Shown: positions 1-10,695 of the stretch, one piece after another
Layout: every line of letters begins with the position of its first letter
How positions within the stretch are numbered: the stretch's first letter is position 1
Source: TPA_inf: Saccharomyces
Lineage: Eukaryota
Direction of reading: 5' to 3'
Assembly (NCBI GenBank): GCA_000146045.2
Contig: BK006948.2
Location: 192,001-256,000 of the forward strand
DNA: 64,000 bases
Translations under genes and position numbers: made by a program
The notes under the pieces: model-generated
What the model was told of the DNA's origin: nothing
The model's database searches: none
The model's input: the letters and a program-made list of their open reading frames with translations, nothing else

Positions 1-1542
1 CACCGATAACATAGATAAACCGGAACATGATAGCTGACATAAAAATACAACAGCAAACTGATAAAAAAACTTCCTTGCATCTGCTTCCAATCCAAACATA
101 AAATATGTTATACTGACAAAAATCATGGTCATCGCGAAATCGTCAGAGAGGAAAAGTGAAATTTTTCTAGCTACGATGAATGCCAAAGGTGTTACCGAGC
201 CCTCTGCTCTTTCTCTGTCATATAACGCAATATCCTGCTCACAAAGTCGATAAGTATCAAAAAGCAAATACAAGTAACATTGCAAAATTGTGGACGCGTA
301 AAGACATGCGGTTGTTGTCCTTAAACCACCTATACTGCTTTTGTCAGGTTTATAGTAAATCCAACCGCAAACAGTACCAATAATCAACGGTTCTGCAAAA
401 GTAGATATTAAAGTAACGTAATCTGAAAAATTTAATTTGAAATTTCGCCTTGTTAGCACCGTAACTTGCTTCCAAAATGGCAGTCTGGTAGTCATATTCT
501 GAATTTGAATTTCCGTTGCGTTGCTTATATAAGATTCTGCCTGTAGTTGCAAATGAGTTCTCTCATAATCATGCCAATGATCAATCAATGAATTTAGCCG
601 ACTTTGCGTGGCAGCTTCTTCTTTATCAGATCTAGAGTCTACGCTTGATAAATCAATGAAATAATCTGCTGGATTTACCAGCTGGGGTACGTGATAACCA
701 ATAGACTCAAAATAAGGGATAGTATTATCCATTTTGTCACAATATACCACATTTCCCTTTGACAAAATACAAACCTGGTCCAATAAAAACAATATATCCG
801 ATCTCGGCTGATGAATTGACATGATAAAAGTCCTGCCATCTTCTTTAGCTAATTTTTTCAAAGTTTTAATAACCAAGAAGGCAGAATATGCATCCAGTCC
901 AGTGGTAGGCTCATCTAAGAACATGATGGAAGGGTTTGAAATCATTTGAGTACCAATACTTAGTCTTCTCTTTTCACCACCAGAAAGACCCCTGTGCGAG
1001 TTGTCCCCCACAAGAGTATCGGCACAATCCTTGAGCCCTAATTCTTCAATTAATTGCTCGACCATTAATTTCTTGGTTCGCTCAGAAGAGTTTAGTTTCA
1101 AATCAGCTGCAAACTTAAGAGTTTCTCTACAAGTCAACCTAGGAGAGAGTACATCTTGTTGAGGTAGGTACGCCATTATTACGTGTTTCTGGATGGGATG
1201 GTCTTGGCCATCCAAGTGAGCCCTCTTAGGCTCTGTTTCATTGGGTTCTGAACCTGTATCTTCCAATACGTACCGTATAGAACCATTATGAGTTAACCCA
1301 CCACTGATCTTGGATGCCAGAACATTCAGCAACGTAGTCTTCCCTGACCCCGAACCACCCATAACTGCCATGACCGACCCACTGGGCAGGTCCATGGAAA
1401 ACGTATTAACTAGCGTCGTATTTGTTTTGGATGCAACGATTGACAAATCCCTTACATGAAGGCTTATTCTAGGGATTCTTGAGAAGGAAAGTCTATTTTC
1501 GATTAATTCAGTGGCCACATCACCATTCTCCTGCTGTGACAT
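1..1542 (-). CDS. YOL075C: ABC transporter, N-terminal part only (ATG at 1542, continues past window start). Walker A GGSGSGKTT, ABC signature LSGGEKRRLSIG, Walker B IMFLDEPTTGLD and IHQP H-loop are visible, followed by transmembrane segments; white/ABCG-like, half of a two-NBD protein.
   Basis: My own translation of the minus strand from the ATG at 1540-1542. It is not in the ORF track because it is open-ended. Its position upstream of DSC2/THP1 matches chrXV gene order. Confidence 0.8.
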   Translation of the reverse strand, partial: MSQQENGDVATELIENRLSFSRIPRISLHVRDLSIVASKTNTTLVNTFSMDLPSGSVMAVMGGSGSGKTTLLNVLASKISGGLTHNGSIRYVLEDTGSEPNETEPKRAHLDGQDHPIQKHVIMAYLPQQDVLSPRLTCRETLKFAADLKLNSSERTKKLMVEQLIEELGLKDCADTLVGDNSHRGLSGGEKRRLSIGTQMISNPSIMFLDEPTTGLDAYSAFLVIKTLKKLAKEDGRTFIMSIHQPRSDILFLLDQVCILSKGNVVYCDKMDNTIPYFESIGYHVPQLVNPADYFIDLSSVDSRSDKEEAATQSRLNSLIDHWHDYERTHLQLQAESYISNATEIQIQNMTTRLPFWKQVTVLTRRNFKLNFSDYVTLISTFAEPLIIGTVCGWIYYKPDKSSIGGLRTTTACLYASTILQCYLYLLFDTYRLCEQDIALYDRERAEGSVTPLAFIVARKISLFLSDDFAMTMIFVSITYFMFGLEADARKFFYQFAVVFLCQLSCSGLSMLSV

Positions 1543-1831
1543 AGTGGCTGCAAGTGGATGTTTGGCGTTGGTGATTGTAGCTTAAAATACGATGATCGTT
1601 TGAAAACTGCCAAGCACTTGTGCCTACTTCTGCATTTACATCACAAATTCGTTTATCTCATCACTAGATCCTTCCTTTTTTTTTTTTCACTTTCTGATAT
1701 TTCGTATAAGTGTCAACCCAACAATACTAAAGCCAGACATATGATAGAAGTAACTGCCTCACATGGCTGTAAACGATGTTGCTAAACCGTTGCTATGTTT
1801 ATTTGTTTATGTAGGTATATGCTGATATAAA

Positions 1832-2800
1832 TCATCTCCTAAAGGTATCCAAAAATTGGACTCCCAGTGGTCTTGCAGGTTCATCGGCACCAGGCTCGTC
1901 ATCACCAGCGCTAGAGGTATTTGTAGGGGTGGTGCTTGAACCACGAAGCGGTAGGCTTGTAGGCCCAGAGTTGCCTGTATTTCCATTTCCTGTAGCAGCA
2001 GTAGCTGCTTCTACAGTGGCTCTTGCTGCTGCTGTATTCGTGGCCGCATTGGCCGCTATAGCAACGTTAGCCCTCGTGGGTGGGCCTTGAGAGATGAAAT
2101 AGGATACAAACGGTATTCTCCAATGGTCTAATCCCGGTAACAGGCCCTTATCGATGAAAATACCACACATCCAGCTTATGAATCCGCATAGTATTCCTGC
2201 AAACCCCTGATTTAATATAAGCAGGAGAATTAACCCATTTAAAAGAAACTGATCGTTGATTTTCCACTCTACGGCGCTCTTGTCTTCTCGCTTGTTATCA
2301 TTGTGACTTGATGCTCCTCCTCGAGGTCCTAGTAATCTTATATTCCATTCGTAAATCTGAGGGGTGTATTCTTTGTAAAAATGTACTAAGCTTAAAACAA
2401 TGGGCAGTGAACCTGTACTAAAATTGTTCCATTGAAGCCACTTGTACTGTCCAATAAATGCGTTCCAGATCAGATTCAATCCCCAAATTCCTAAGGTGGT
2501 GTAGGCCCATGACAAAACAATCAAGGTCAAGTACTTGTGGGATCCTAGTAGCCGTTCTAAATGCCTAAACAGATACCATATCAACGCCAGTATTACTGTA
2601 TCGGATTCATTGATGGCGCAGAACTGGAATATGAGCAGACGGTAGTATTGATGGTAGGTCTGCAGAAAAGGATCATATTGCAATAGAAATATATGTTTGT
2701 AACTTGCAATCGAGGCAACTAAGGGAACCACAAGCGTCGTGATCATGGCTAGCTTGGTGACGGGCATAGCCGTAAGCCCCACAGGAGGCTCCATAGACAT
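1832..2800 (-). CDS. DSC2: Multi-pass membrane protein of 322 aa with an S/T/A-rich C-terminal tail; subunit of the Golgi Dsc E3 ligase complex.
   Basis: ORF track 322 aa with ATG confirmed at 2798-2800; hydrophobic segments; neighbourhood order. Confidence 0.7.
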
Positions 2801-2969
2801 TATTTGTAGACTATTGTGTTTGCTTTTTATGTCGTTGACTTTCTCTCCCTTTAATAGTTAAGTTTATACGTCAAATTTCTCTTCTATACTTTTCCAAAAA
2901 AAAAAAACCATCTTCACATCAATGGCATTCAAAGTAAGAAACAGGGCAGGGATAAAAGGATAGATAGCA

Positions 2970-4337
2970 ATGGACATGGCCAACCAGTTGCTAGATGAAT
3001 TAGCACATGGAAATTTTTCCCACCTAACGCTAAACTTGTCCCAAAATGGTAGGGAAATTGCTATCTTACAGAAGCAATTGACCGGATTTGATGATAAACA
3101 GCTAGAAACGTTTGTAGAACAACACCCGGCTATGCCCAATGATACGAGATTCAAAATCATGTGTACATCCTTTTTAAATTATGCCCGAGATGTCGACCCA
3201 TGGTCAGCCTGGTCCAGTTCGGATCTAATTTTTGAGTTTTATCAATGTTTAATCAACTGTCTCATCAACGACAATGCTCCTCACATAGAAATGTTGATAC
3301 CAGTAGCAACTAGAGAAACAGAATTTATCATCAATCTCGCTGGGAAACTAGACTCTTTCCACTTGCAACTGCATACGAGAAGTCACCAATTTCTATCACA
3401 TATATCGTCCATCCTATCAAGACTATTTAACAGCATCAAACCTCCACGAGGTAACGCATCTTCTACAAATATACCTGGAAAACAACGAATACTGCTCTAC
3501 CTGGTCAATAAACTAAATAACATCTACTTCAGGATCGAGTCACCGCAATTATGTTCCAATATCTTTAAGAACTTTCAGCCAAAAAGCATGCTTGCACATT
3601 TCAACGAATACCAGCTCGACCAGCAAATAGAATACAGATATCTATTAGGAAGGTACTACTTGTTGAACTCTCAAGTACATAATGCCTTCGTTCAATTCAA
3701 TGAAGCTTTCCAGTCCTTATTGAACTTGCCGTTAACGAACCAAGCGATCACTAGGAATGGCACCAGAATACTAAATTACATGATCCCTACAGGGCTGATA
3801 CTGGGAAAGATGGTCAAATGGGGACCGTTGCGACCGTTCCTTTCCCAAGAAACAATTGATAATTGGAGTGTTCTCTACAAACACGTACGTTATGGGAATA
3901 TTCAAGGCGTGAGTCTCTGGCTGAGACAAAACGAGCGTCATTTGTGTGCAAGACAGTTACTGATCGTGCTCCTAGAGAAACTGCCCATGGTAACGTACAG
4001 AAATCTGATTAAAACGGTAATAAAGTCCTGGACCACCGAATGGGGTCAGAACAAATTACCGTACTCCTTGATAGAACGGGTACTACAGCTATCTATTGGT
4101 CCGACATTCGAGGATCCCGGCGCCCAGGAAATTACCATTTATAATGGCATTCACTCCCCCAAGAACGTCGAAAACGTACTTGTGACACTGATTAACTTGG
4201 GACTTTTACGCGCAAACTGTTTCCCACAGTTACAACTGTGTGTAGTGAAAAAGACTACAATGATACAAGAGATTGTTCCGCCGGTTAATGAACGAATCAC
4301 CAAGATGTTTCCTGCCCATTCTCACGTTCTTTGGTGA
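2970..4337 (+). CDS. THP1: TREX-2/THSC complex subunit with a PCI domain, 455 aa.
   Basis: ORF track; ATG at 2970; length and N-terminal sequence MDMANQLLDE recognised. Confidence 0.8.
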   Translation: MDMANQLLDELAHGNFSHLTLNLSQNGREIAILQKQLTGFDDKQLETFVEQHPAMPNDTRFKIMCTSFLNYARDVDPWSAWSSSDLIFEFYQCLINCLINDNAPHIEMLIPVATRETEFIINLAGKLDSFHLQLHTRSHQFLSHISSILSRLFNSIKPPRGNASSTNIPGKQRILLYLVNKLNNIYFRIESPQLCSNIFKNFQPKSMLAHFNEYQLDQQIEYRYLLGRYYLLNSQVHNAFVQFNEAFQSLLNLPLTNQAITRNGTRILNYMIPTGLILGKMVKWGPLRPFLSQETIDNWSVLYKHVRYGNIQGVSLWLRQNERHLCARQLLIVLLEKLPMVTYRNLIKTVIKSWTTEWGQNKLPYSLIERVLQLSIGPTFEDPGAQEITIYNGIHSPKNVENVLVTLINLGLLRANCFPQLQLCVVKKTTMIQEIVPPVNERITKMFPAHSHVLW

Positions 4338-4506
4338 TATGTAGATATATATAGGAAATAGAAGAGAAGGAGCGACATTATGCTGTTTCTTACAGATTTC
4401 ATAAGAGACTAGATTTTAAGTATATTTAGGATATATAAGAAAGGCGAAATTTGTAAAAAAAGAACAGGAGGAAAAAAGGGAGTACACTTTAAAAAGGAGC
4501 ACATAA

Positions 4507-4995
4507 ATGCACAATATGTTTCCAGCACTCACAAAGACACTGTCGTTGCAAGGCTACAAGATTATCAACTCTCAAACAGGGTCCGCTGCATGGTCGTGCG
4601 GTCGTAGGTGGTTTAGTAGTGATAAAGATGACCACGACGATGTGGTGACGAGGATTAAAATTGCCCCCATAAAGAGAACTAACGAGCCATTGGATAAGAA
4701 AAGAGCTCGGTTGATATATCAATCACGCAAAAGAGGGATCTTGGAGACGGACTTGCTGCTATCTGGGTTCGCTGCCAAATATTTGAAGAAGATGAACGAA
4801 GAGGAACTGGAAGAATACGATTCGCTATTGAATGAGTTGGACTGGGACATATACTATTGGGCCACAAAAAATTTCAAAACCAGCCCCTTGCCTGACAAGT
4901 GGGCCAATTCTAAATTGCTGAAGCAGCTACAAGAATTCAGTGAAAATAAAGAGAAGGAAATTTTAAGTATGCCGGACTTGTCCAAGTATCAATGA
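4507..4995 (+). CDS. SDH5: Succinate dehydrogenase assembly factor 2 (SDHAF2 family), mitochondrial, 162 aa.
   Basis: ORF track 162 aa; ATG at 4507; recognised sequence. Confidence 0.8.
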
Positions 4996-5219
4996 ATACA
5001 AGCCATTGAATTACTATCACTTTTTTTTATTTGTATATGACTTGTAAATAAACCGGAAGAGAAAGAAACTTATATATTACCACTATACTATACTATACTT
5101 ATTGCTATTATTATTATTCATTATTAGTATTATAATATATTATTGATATTGATATTGATATTGTTATTGTTATTGTTACTACCACTGTTACTATTACTAT
5201 TATTATTGTTGTTGCACCA

Positions 5220-6725
5220 TCAAAACCCTTCAAGAGCCTTTGTAGCTTTGTCTAATCTTTTCAGTCCTTCTTCATAGCGGTCCGGATCAAGAACCATGTC
5301 TGCTGTTAACCTGGACAAAGAGTCTACTAGTCTCTCCAGGGCACGTTTCTCCTCAATTTTCATCCCCAGTTGCGCAAATTCAGACCCGATTAAGGTTCCC
5401 TTTGTCACACTCAACAGTTGATTTAGTGTGTCGATATCAAAGGATCGCAATTCCTTCACAGATTTTTTTTTATTGAGCTTTTTTTTCGTATCCTTCTTGA
5501 GTTTAGTTTTCTTGGGCGTTTCCTCAATGATGTCCTCGTACATGTCATCATCTTGTTTGTTTGTCGAAGTAGAGGTATGATTTGCCCTATCATGAATAGC
5601 CTTCAATGTGTCGTCACGTTTCAAATTCGATGTAACTCTGCTATCCTCATTGGGTGTGCTGGGCAATGGTCTTGTCAAGTAAGTCTCTTCCTCTGGAGGC
5701 ATACTCGTTGCCGCAGAATAGTAAGATTCCGATTTTTGTTCACTAACTGTGGAAATCTGAGATGAGTTCTTATAGTGGCCACCAGGTTGGACCGGCGTTG
5801 GTAATATTTCTTCGGTTAAAAGATCCCCCTCGCCATCACCTTCTTCGATGAACAACCTTGACCTAGGACGGTCCTTACTTCTGGGCGGAATAGTTGGATT
5901 GTAGTCATTGGTTTCAGAACGTATTGGGTTTATCGCTTTGGGTGCTTCGTTGGTGGTTGTATACAACTCGGGTATGACACTGGAAACAATTGAAAGCTTA
6001 TCGCTAACATTTCCTTCCTCTTCTTCTTCGAGCTGCTCTTGAATAGATTGATGGAATTTGGTATTATAAGTGGAAGATCCGCTCTCGCTGGCCAAATTAC
6101 CTGATCCTATAGAGGAACGCATAACTTTTTCCTGACGTAGAGGACTAGATAACAGTTTCAGTGAGCCACGACCCTCTACTTTTTTTGAAGTGTTAGAGTT
6201 AAACCTTCCCACAGGTTTGGCATTAGTAACTGGTTTAATGACAATTTCGTCTGCATTGGTATTCGATTTTGTGCTTTGGTTATCACTTAGATGTTTTGTC
6301 AATGTCGCTTCTGAAGGCAACATGGGCAACGACGGTAACTCGTTCTTGCTCACGGGCTCTTTCAAGGAGTACAAACTATTGGAATCCTTACTTGTGCGCC
6401 GTTCTTGGGTCTGTTGCCGGTTTTTGACCACATATGATACTTCAACGCCTTCTTGAATAATTCCAGAGTAGTTGGAAATCATACTTGATCTGTTATCACC
6501 AGGTGGCAGCGAAACGTCACCAGCAGGTGATCTCAACAATCTCGATGGTGGTTTAAAGACATCACTTTGATCCGCCTTTTCCTCTGTGATCATTGTCCTG
6601 GTAGTTGTGGGAGATGGAAAGAGCCTGTCATCTTTCTCATTGTTCAGTGAATCGATCATTGCTGAAAGTCGCTGCGTATTCAGCGTAGCCCTAGATATCC
6701 CGTTTTCTTCCCTCTCTTCTGACAT
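5220..6725 (-). CDS. NBA1: S/T-rich, largely disordered protein of 501 aa (Nap1- and bud-neck-associated).
   Basis: ORF track; ATG at 6723-6725; low-complexity composition; neighbourhood order. Confidence 0.65.
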   Translation of the reverse strand: MSEEREENGISRATLNTQRLSAMIDSLNNEKDDRLFPSPTTTRTMITEEKADQSDVFKPPSRLLRSPAGDVSLPPGDNRSSMISNYSGIIQEGVEVSYVVKNRQQTQERRTSKDSNSLYSLKEPVSKNELPSLPMLPSEATLTKHLSDNQSTKSNTNADEIVIKPVTNAKPVGRFNSNTSKKVEGRGSLKLLSSPLRQEKVMRSSIGSGNLASESGSSTYNTKFHQSIQEQLEEEEEGNVSDKLSIVSSVIPELYTTTNEAPKAINPIRSETNDYNPTIPPRSKDRPRSRLFIEEGDGEGDLLTEEILPTPVQPGGHYKNSSQISTVSEQKSESYYSAATSMPPEEETYLTRPLPSTPNEDSRVTSNLKRDDTLKAIHDRANHTSTSTNKQDDDMYEDIIEETPKKTKLKKDTKKKLNKKKSVKELRSFDIDTLNQLLSVTKGTLIGSEFAQLGMKIEEKRALERLVDSLSRLTADMVLDPDRYEEGLKRLDKATKALEGF

Positions 6726-6941
6726 ACTTATACACCTATCTGGTTTTGATAATGGTCTTCTTGTTAGTCGAATATATCAGCGTTCTTTCTCTTCTTGATG
6801 GTGCCAGCCATTTGATCAAAAGATCGCTTTTCCGAATCGGGACATGTAACAAACAATAACAATTAAAATAAACAATATTATGAAAAAATACTGGTAAAAA
6901 GCATGTACTGAGGAGAAAGGCTCCAGCATCCCTTGAGCAAA

Positions 6942-8297
6942 ATGAGTAGGAATCAAGATGTGTTCCCCATTTTGGATCTACAGGAACTAGTTATATGTTT
7001 GCAAAGCTGTGATTTTGCGCTAGCCACACAGGAAAATATCTCTAGGCCCACCTCAGACTACATGGTAACCCTTTACAAACAAATCATCGAGAACTTCATG
7101 GGTATTTCTGTAGAGTCGTTGCTGAATAGTAGTAACCAAGAAACAGGGGATGGTCACTTACAGGAAGAGAACGAGAACATTTATTTGGACACGTTAAATG
7201 TTTTGGTATTGAACAAAATCTGCTTTAAGTTCTTTGAGAACATAGGTGTTCAAGATTTCAATATGACAGATTTGTACAAGCCCGAAGCCCAACGGACACA
7301 GCGCTTACTGAGTGCTGTGGTGAATTACGCTCGTTTTAGGGAGGAACGAATGTTCGACTGTAATTCTTTTATTCTTCAAATGGAATCGTTGCTGGGTCAG
7401 CTTCGCTCCAAATTCGATGATTATAACTTGATTCAGCAACAGCTAAAGCAATACGAGGACGTAGATGGGGATAATATACCTGATGAGCAAGAGCTCCAAA
7501 AGCTGGAAGAGCAAAATAAGGAGCTGGAAATTCAGTTGAAGAAATTGACCAAGATCCAAGAAACGTTATCCATAGATTATAATGACTATAAGATCTCCAA
7601 GCAGTCAATCTTTAAAGATCTGGAAGCTCTGAGTTTCCAAATAGTGGAATTAGAGTCCAATCGAGATAAACTGATCAAAATATCCAATACAGACATGGAA
7701 GAGTTATCCGAGGGAATCAAAGAGCTAAATGATCTGTTGATACAAAGGAAAAAGACGTTAGACGACTTAACCGCACAACAGAAAAACTTGCAAGATACAG
7801 TGACGACGTTCGAAACCATAATTAGTGAGCTCTATGATGTGCTGAGAATAATTTCCAGCGAGGTGCAAGAGTCTAATCGAACTGAAACGGAACTTGTGGG
7901 ATTAAAGCAAAATTTAATCAACAATAAGCTGAAATTGATGAATGTATTGGAAACAGGTATTATGTATAAATTAGAAATCTTACAAGAACAGTTAGATTTG
8001 CAACTCAAGAATTTGGAAAAGCTATCGCAAGATACTAAAGAAGAGTCGCGCCTAAATGATACTAAATTGATGGATCTACAAATCAAATATGAAAATGAAA
8101 TCAAACCTAAGATTGACAAAACGGACATTTTCATTCAAGAGGAACTGATCAGTGGTAAAATCAATAAATTAAATGATGAAATTAAACAATTACAAAAAGA
8201 TTTCGAAGTTGAAGTTAAAGAAATTGAGATTGAATATTCTTTATTATCTGGTCATATTAATAAATACATGAATGAAATGCTCGAATATATGCAATAG
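6942..8297 (+). CDS. NUF2: Kinetochore Ndc80-complex subunit, coiled-coil, 451 aa.
   Basis: ORF track starts at a TTG at 6933; first in-frame ATG is at 6942 (MSRNQDVF...); long heptad-repeat C-terminal half. Confidence 0.85.
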   Translation: MSRNQDVFPILDLQELVICLQSCDFALATQENISRPTSDYMVTLYKQIIENFMGISVESLLNSSNQETGDGHLQEENENIYLDTLNVLVLNKICFKFFENIGVQDFNMTDLYKPEAQRTQRLLSAVVNYARFREERMFDCNSFILQMESLLGQLRSKFDDYNLIQQQLKQYEDVDGDNIPDEQELQKLEEQNKELEIQLKKLTKIQETLSIDYNDYKISKQSIFKDLEALSFQIVELESNRDKLIKISNTDMEELSEGIKELNDLLIQRKKTLDDLTAQQKNLQDTVTTFETIISELYDVLRIISSEVQESNRTETELVGLKQNLINNKLKLMNVLETGIMYKLEILQEQLDLQLKNLEKLSQDTKEESRLNDTKLMDLQIKYENEIKPKIDKTDIFIQEELISGKINKLNDEIKQLQKDFEVEVKEIEIEYSLLSGHINKYMNEMLEYMQ

Positions 8298-8331
8298 CAG
8301 CGGTATACTTATTTTTACTCCCCCTTCTGTG

Positions 8332-8362
<31 letters not shown>

Positions 8363-8367
8363 GGAAT

Positions 8368-9879
8368 TTACTGTTGTTTCTTTCGTGGCTGTTTCTTAAT
8401 CTTATACGTACCTTTATCTATTTCCGTACAGTTGTAATCTATCTTCTTTAGATCTTGCCATTTTTTATGCGGTATATCCCAATGGCATTTTTTAGCTACG
8501 AGACTGGCCACGTCATCACAGAATCCCAACAGGTTTAAGTCAAACTCTGCATGTGTAACCATATCCCTATTGATCAAAATCTGCGGAACATGTGAAGGTA
8601 CCATATTGACAATTTCAGACACAGGAGCCACTTTCAAACTTGTTCCTATACAAATCAATAGATCGCATTCCAGTATATCTTTGCGGATGGTCTTATGAAA
8701 TCGCGATGGCAGGGCCTCGCCAAAAAATGTCATGTCTGGTTTCAAAACACCATACGACTTTAAAATGGGTGAGTTGAAATTTATGTTTGTTTGCACCGTA
8801 TTATTGCCATTACTCATAGGAAAATATTGTTTTCTTTTTTGATAACAGTAGGGACATAATGGTAGTTCAAGGTTTCTAATATTTTCGAATATTTTCTCAC
8901 CAGGTATTTGCCAATGGCAAGTCACACAAGATGCAGTGGCGAATGAACCGTGACATTGCACTAATTTATCAGGATCTATCCCTGCATACGATTCTAAGTT
9001 ATCTATATTCTGTGTGTAGTTTCTTAATAGTTTGCCCTTGTCTTGTAGCATTTTAATGAAGCTGTGCAACGGAGAATACATGTTCTCTGGTGGTAAAACC
9101 ATATGGGCAATATTGTAAAAAACAGAAGGGTCCTGTAAGAATATATCCAAGTTGAAAACATCCTGAGGGTCTTCCAATCCAAGGTGTCGGATCTTAGAAT
9201 AAAACCCCTCAGATGATCTAAAATCGGGAATACCTAAAGAAGTGGAAACTCCAGCGCCCGTCAGAACCAAAATTTTTTTGGCGTTACGCAAAGTGGCGGT
9301 GAAATGATCAATCGTATTGAAGTTGGGTAATCGAAGCCTTGTACTAAGGACTTTATTTATGGCTTTTTGTAAATCTTTGATTAATTTTACTGCATGCTTT
9401 TTCTCTAAGGGATCGGTCAACTCGTCCTCATCTTCAGCTTTTGCATGTATAGACGATAGTTCCGCACTAGAACGTTCTTTATTAGAAGTGATATTAGAGT
9501 TTAACGCCATAAATAGTTCTTTATCTTTGACGTCGAATCCCAGCAATTTTATCATGAAATAAATGTAGATCGAGTTGACTTCCACTGGCAAAAAATATTC
9601 TAAAAAAGTTTTCAAATCGTTGTCCTTCAAAAACAGTCTTGCATTCATAACATCATCTTTAGTGATTGCAGGAAAGATGAATTTGCCCGTCACCTTATCC
9701 TTCCCGAGGATACAAGGGTACGTTAATCTCGTTTTCAGCTTCTTCGTAGCATTATTATCTGACTCTTCTTCTTGAGGTCTTTTCAACATTGTCATGGTCA
9801 GCTCTCCAACATGAAAGTATCGCCCTTGACTAACCACCAAAATAAAACTAACTATCCGTTGCATTAGCAATATGTTCAT
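8368..9879 (-). CDS. HST1: NAD-dependent histone deacetylase, Sir2 family, 503 aa.
   Basis: Sirtuin core motifs (GAGVSTSLGIPDFRS, paired CxxC zinc ribbon); ATG at 9877-9879. Confidence 0.85.
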   Translation of the reverse strand: MNILLMQRIVSFILVVSQGRYFHVGELTMTMLKRPQEEESDNNATKKLKTRLTYPCILGKDKVTGKFIFPAITKDDVMNARLFLKDNDLKTFLEYFLPVEVNSIYIYFMIKLLGFDVKDKELFMALNSNITSNKERSSAELSSIHAKAEDEDELTDPLEKKHAVKLIKDLQKAINKVLSTRLRLPNFNTIDHFTATLRNAKKILVLTGAGVSTSLGIPDFRSSEGFYSKIRHLGLEDPQDVFNLDIFLQDPSVFYNIAHMVLPPENMYSPLHSFIKMLQDKGKLLRNYTQNIDNLESYAGIDPDKLVQCHGSFATASCVTCHWQIPGEKIFENIRNLELPLCPYCYQKRKQYFPMSNGNNTVQTNINFNSPILKSYGVLKPDMTFFGEALPSRFHKTIRKDILECDLLICIGTSLKVAPVSEIVNMVPSHVPQILINRDMVTHAEFDLNLLGFCDDVASLVAKKCHWDIPHKKWQDLKKIDYNCTEIDKGTYKIKKQPRKKQQ

Positions 9880-9984
9880 TTAGATTTTTTTTTCTCACAA
9901 AAACAACAAAAAAGAAGAGAAGTGTTCGTATCACTACCAACGAGGGTTATCACAACATAGCAATAGTGAGAGTCAGAAGTACTT

Positions 9985-10518
9985 TTAGCTACCATTACCG
10001 TACTCACCATACCCTCCGTACTCGAAGGAGCTCAACCTCTTTGCTGGCGGTCTTACTGAGTCATCATTTGTTGCGGCCAGCGGTCCCACGCCAATCCTGG
10101 ACAGGGCGACTTCAGCGCTGGTGTTCTCTAAGTTTATATCGTTGACAATGGTGCCTGTCTGCTTGGCCAACTGAGTGGCCTTCACCATCAGTTCCACCTC
10201 CTCTCTGTTCTGTGTGTCCACTTGATTTTGTAGATGTGATATGTACTCTACCGCCTGTGTGAGAATTTGGCCCTTGTTGGGCTTTCCGTCCTTGGTCCCT
10301 GTACCTTTGGCCTTGCTGGACAACCCAAGCGCACCGGGAGTGGATTCACTTAACGTGTCATTGCTACCAGAATTGCCGTAATAATCTCTAAAGAAGTCTT
10401 TGGGAATGATACTCAATAGTTCTTGAATACGGTCGTTGATCTTATCTCTGCGCTTGCGGTCATTCTTGAAATTAGCACCGCAGGACCCAGGATCAGTGCC
10501 AGCTGGAATGCTGCTCAT
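9985..10518 (-). CDS. RTG1: bHLH-leucine zipper transcription factor of the retrograde response, 177 aa.
   Basis: ORF track; basic region NDRKRRDKINDRIQEL; ATG confirmed at 10516-10518. Confidence 0.85.
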   Translation of the reverse strand: MSSIPAGTDPGSCGANFKNDRKRRDKINDRIQELLSIIPKDFFRDYYGNSGSNDTLSESTPGALGLSSKAKGTGTKDGKPNKGQILTQAVEYISHLQNQVDTQNREEVELMVKATQLAKQTGTIVNDINLENTSAEVALSRIGVGPLAATNDDSVRPPAKRLSSFEYGGYGEYGNGS

Positions 10519-10695
10519 GTTTGGTGTTGTGCTTTCTTTTGGTTCACTATCTAGTGTTTTTTGTCTGTGTTGTGGTTGAAGTTAATTCCATTCTTTTTAC
10601 TCAAAATTTTCGGTGGCGCCTTTTTCCGTTTCCAGTAATGAGTGGTTATTGTAGATATGATGTAAGATTACATGATAATATATATGCTAAATAGT

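Noticed and set aside
1558-1785. 75-aa ORF between YOL075C and DSC2 (position of dubious YOL074C-type ORFs).
   Set aside because: It is short, has no recognisable features, and lies in a promoter/terminator region. It was not called.
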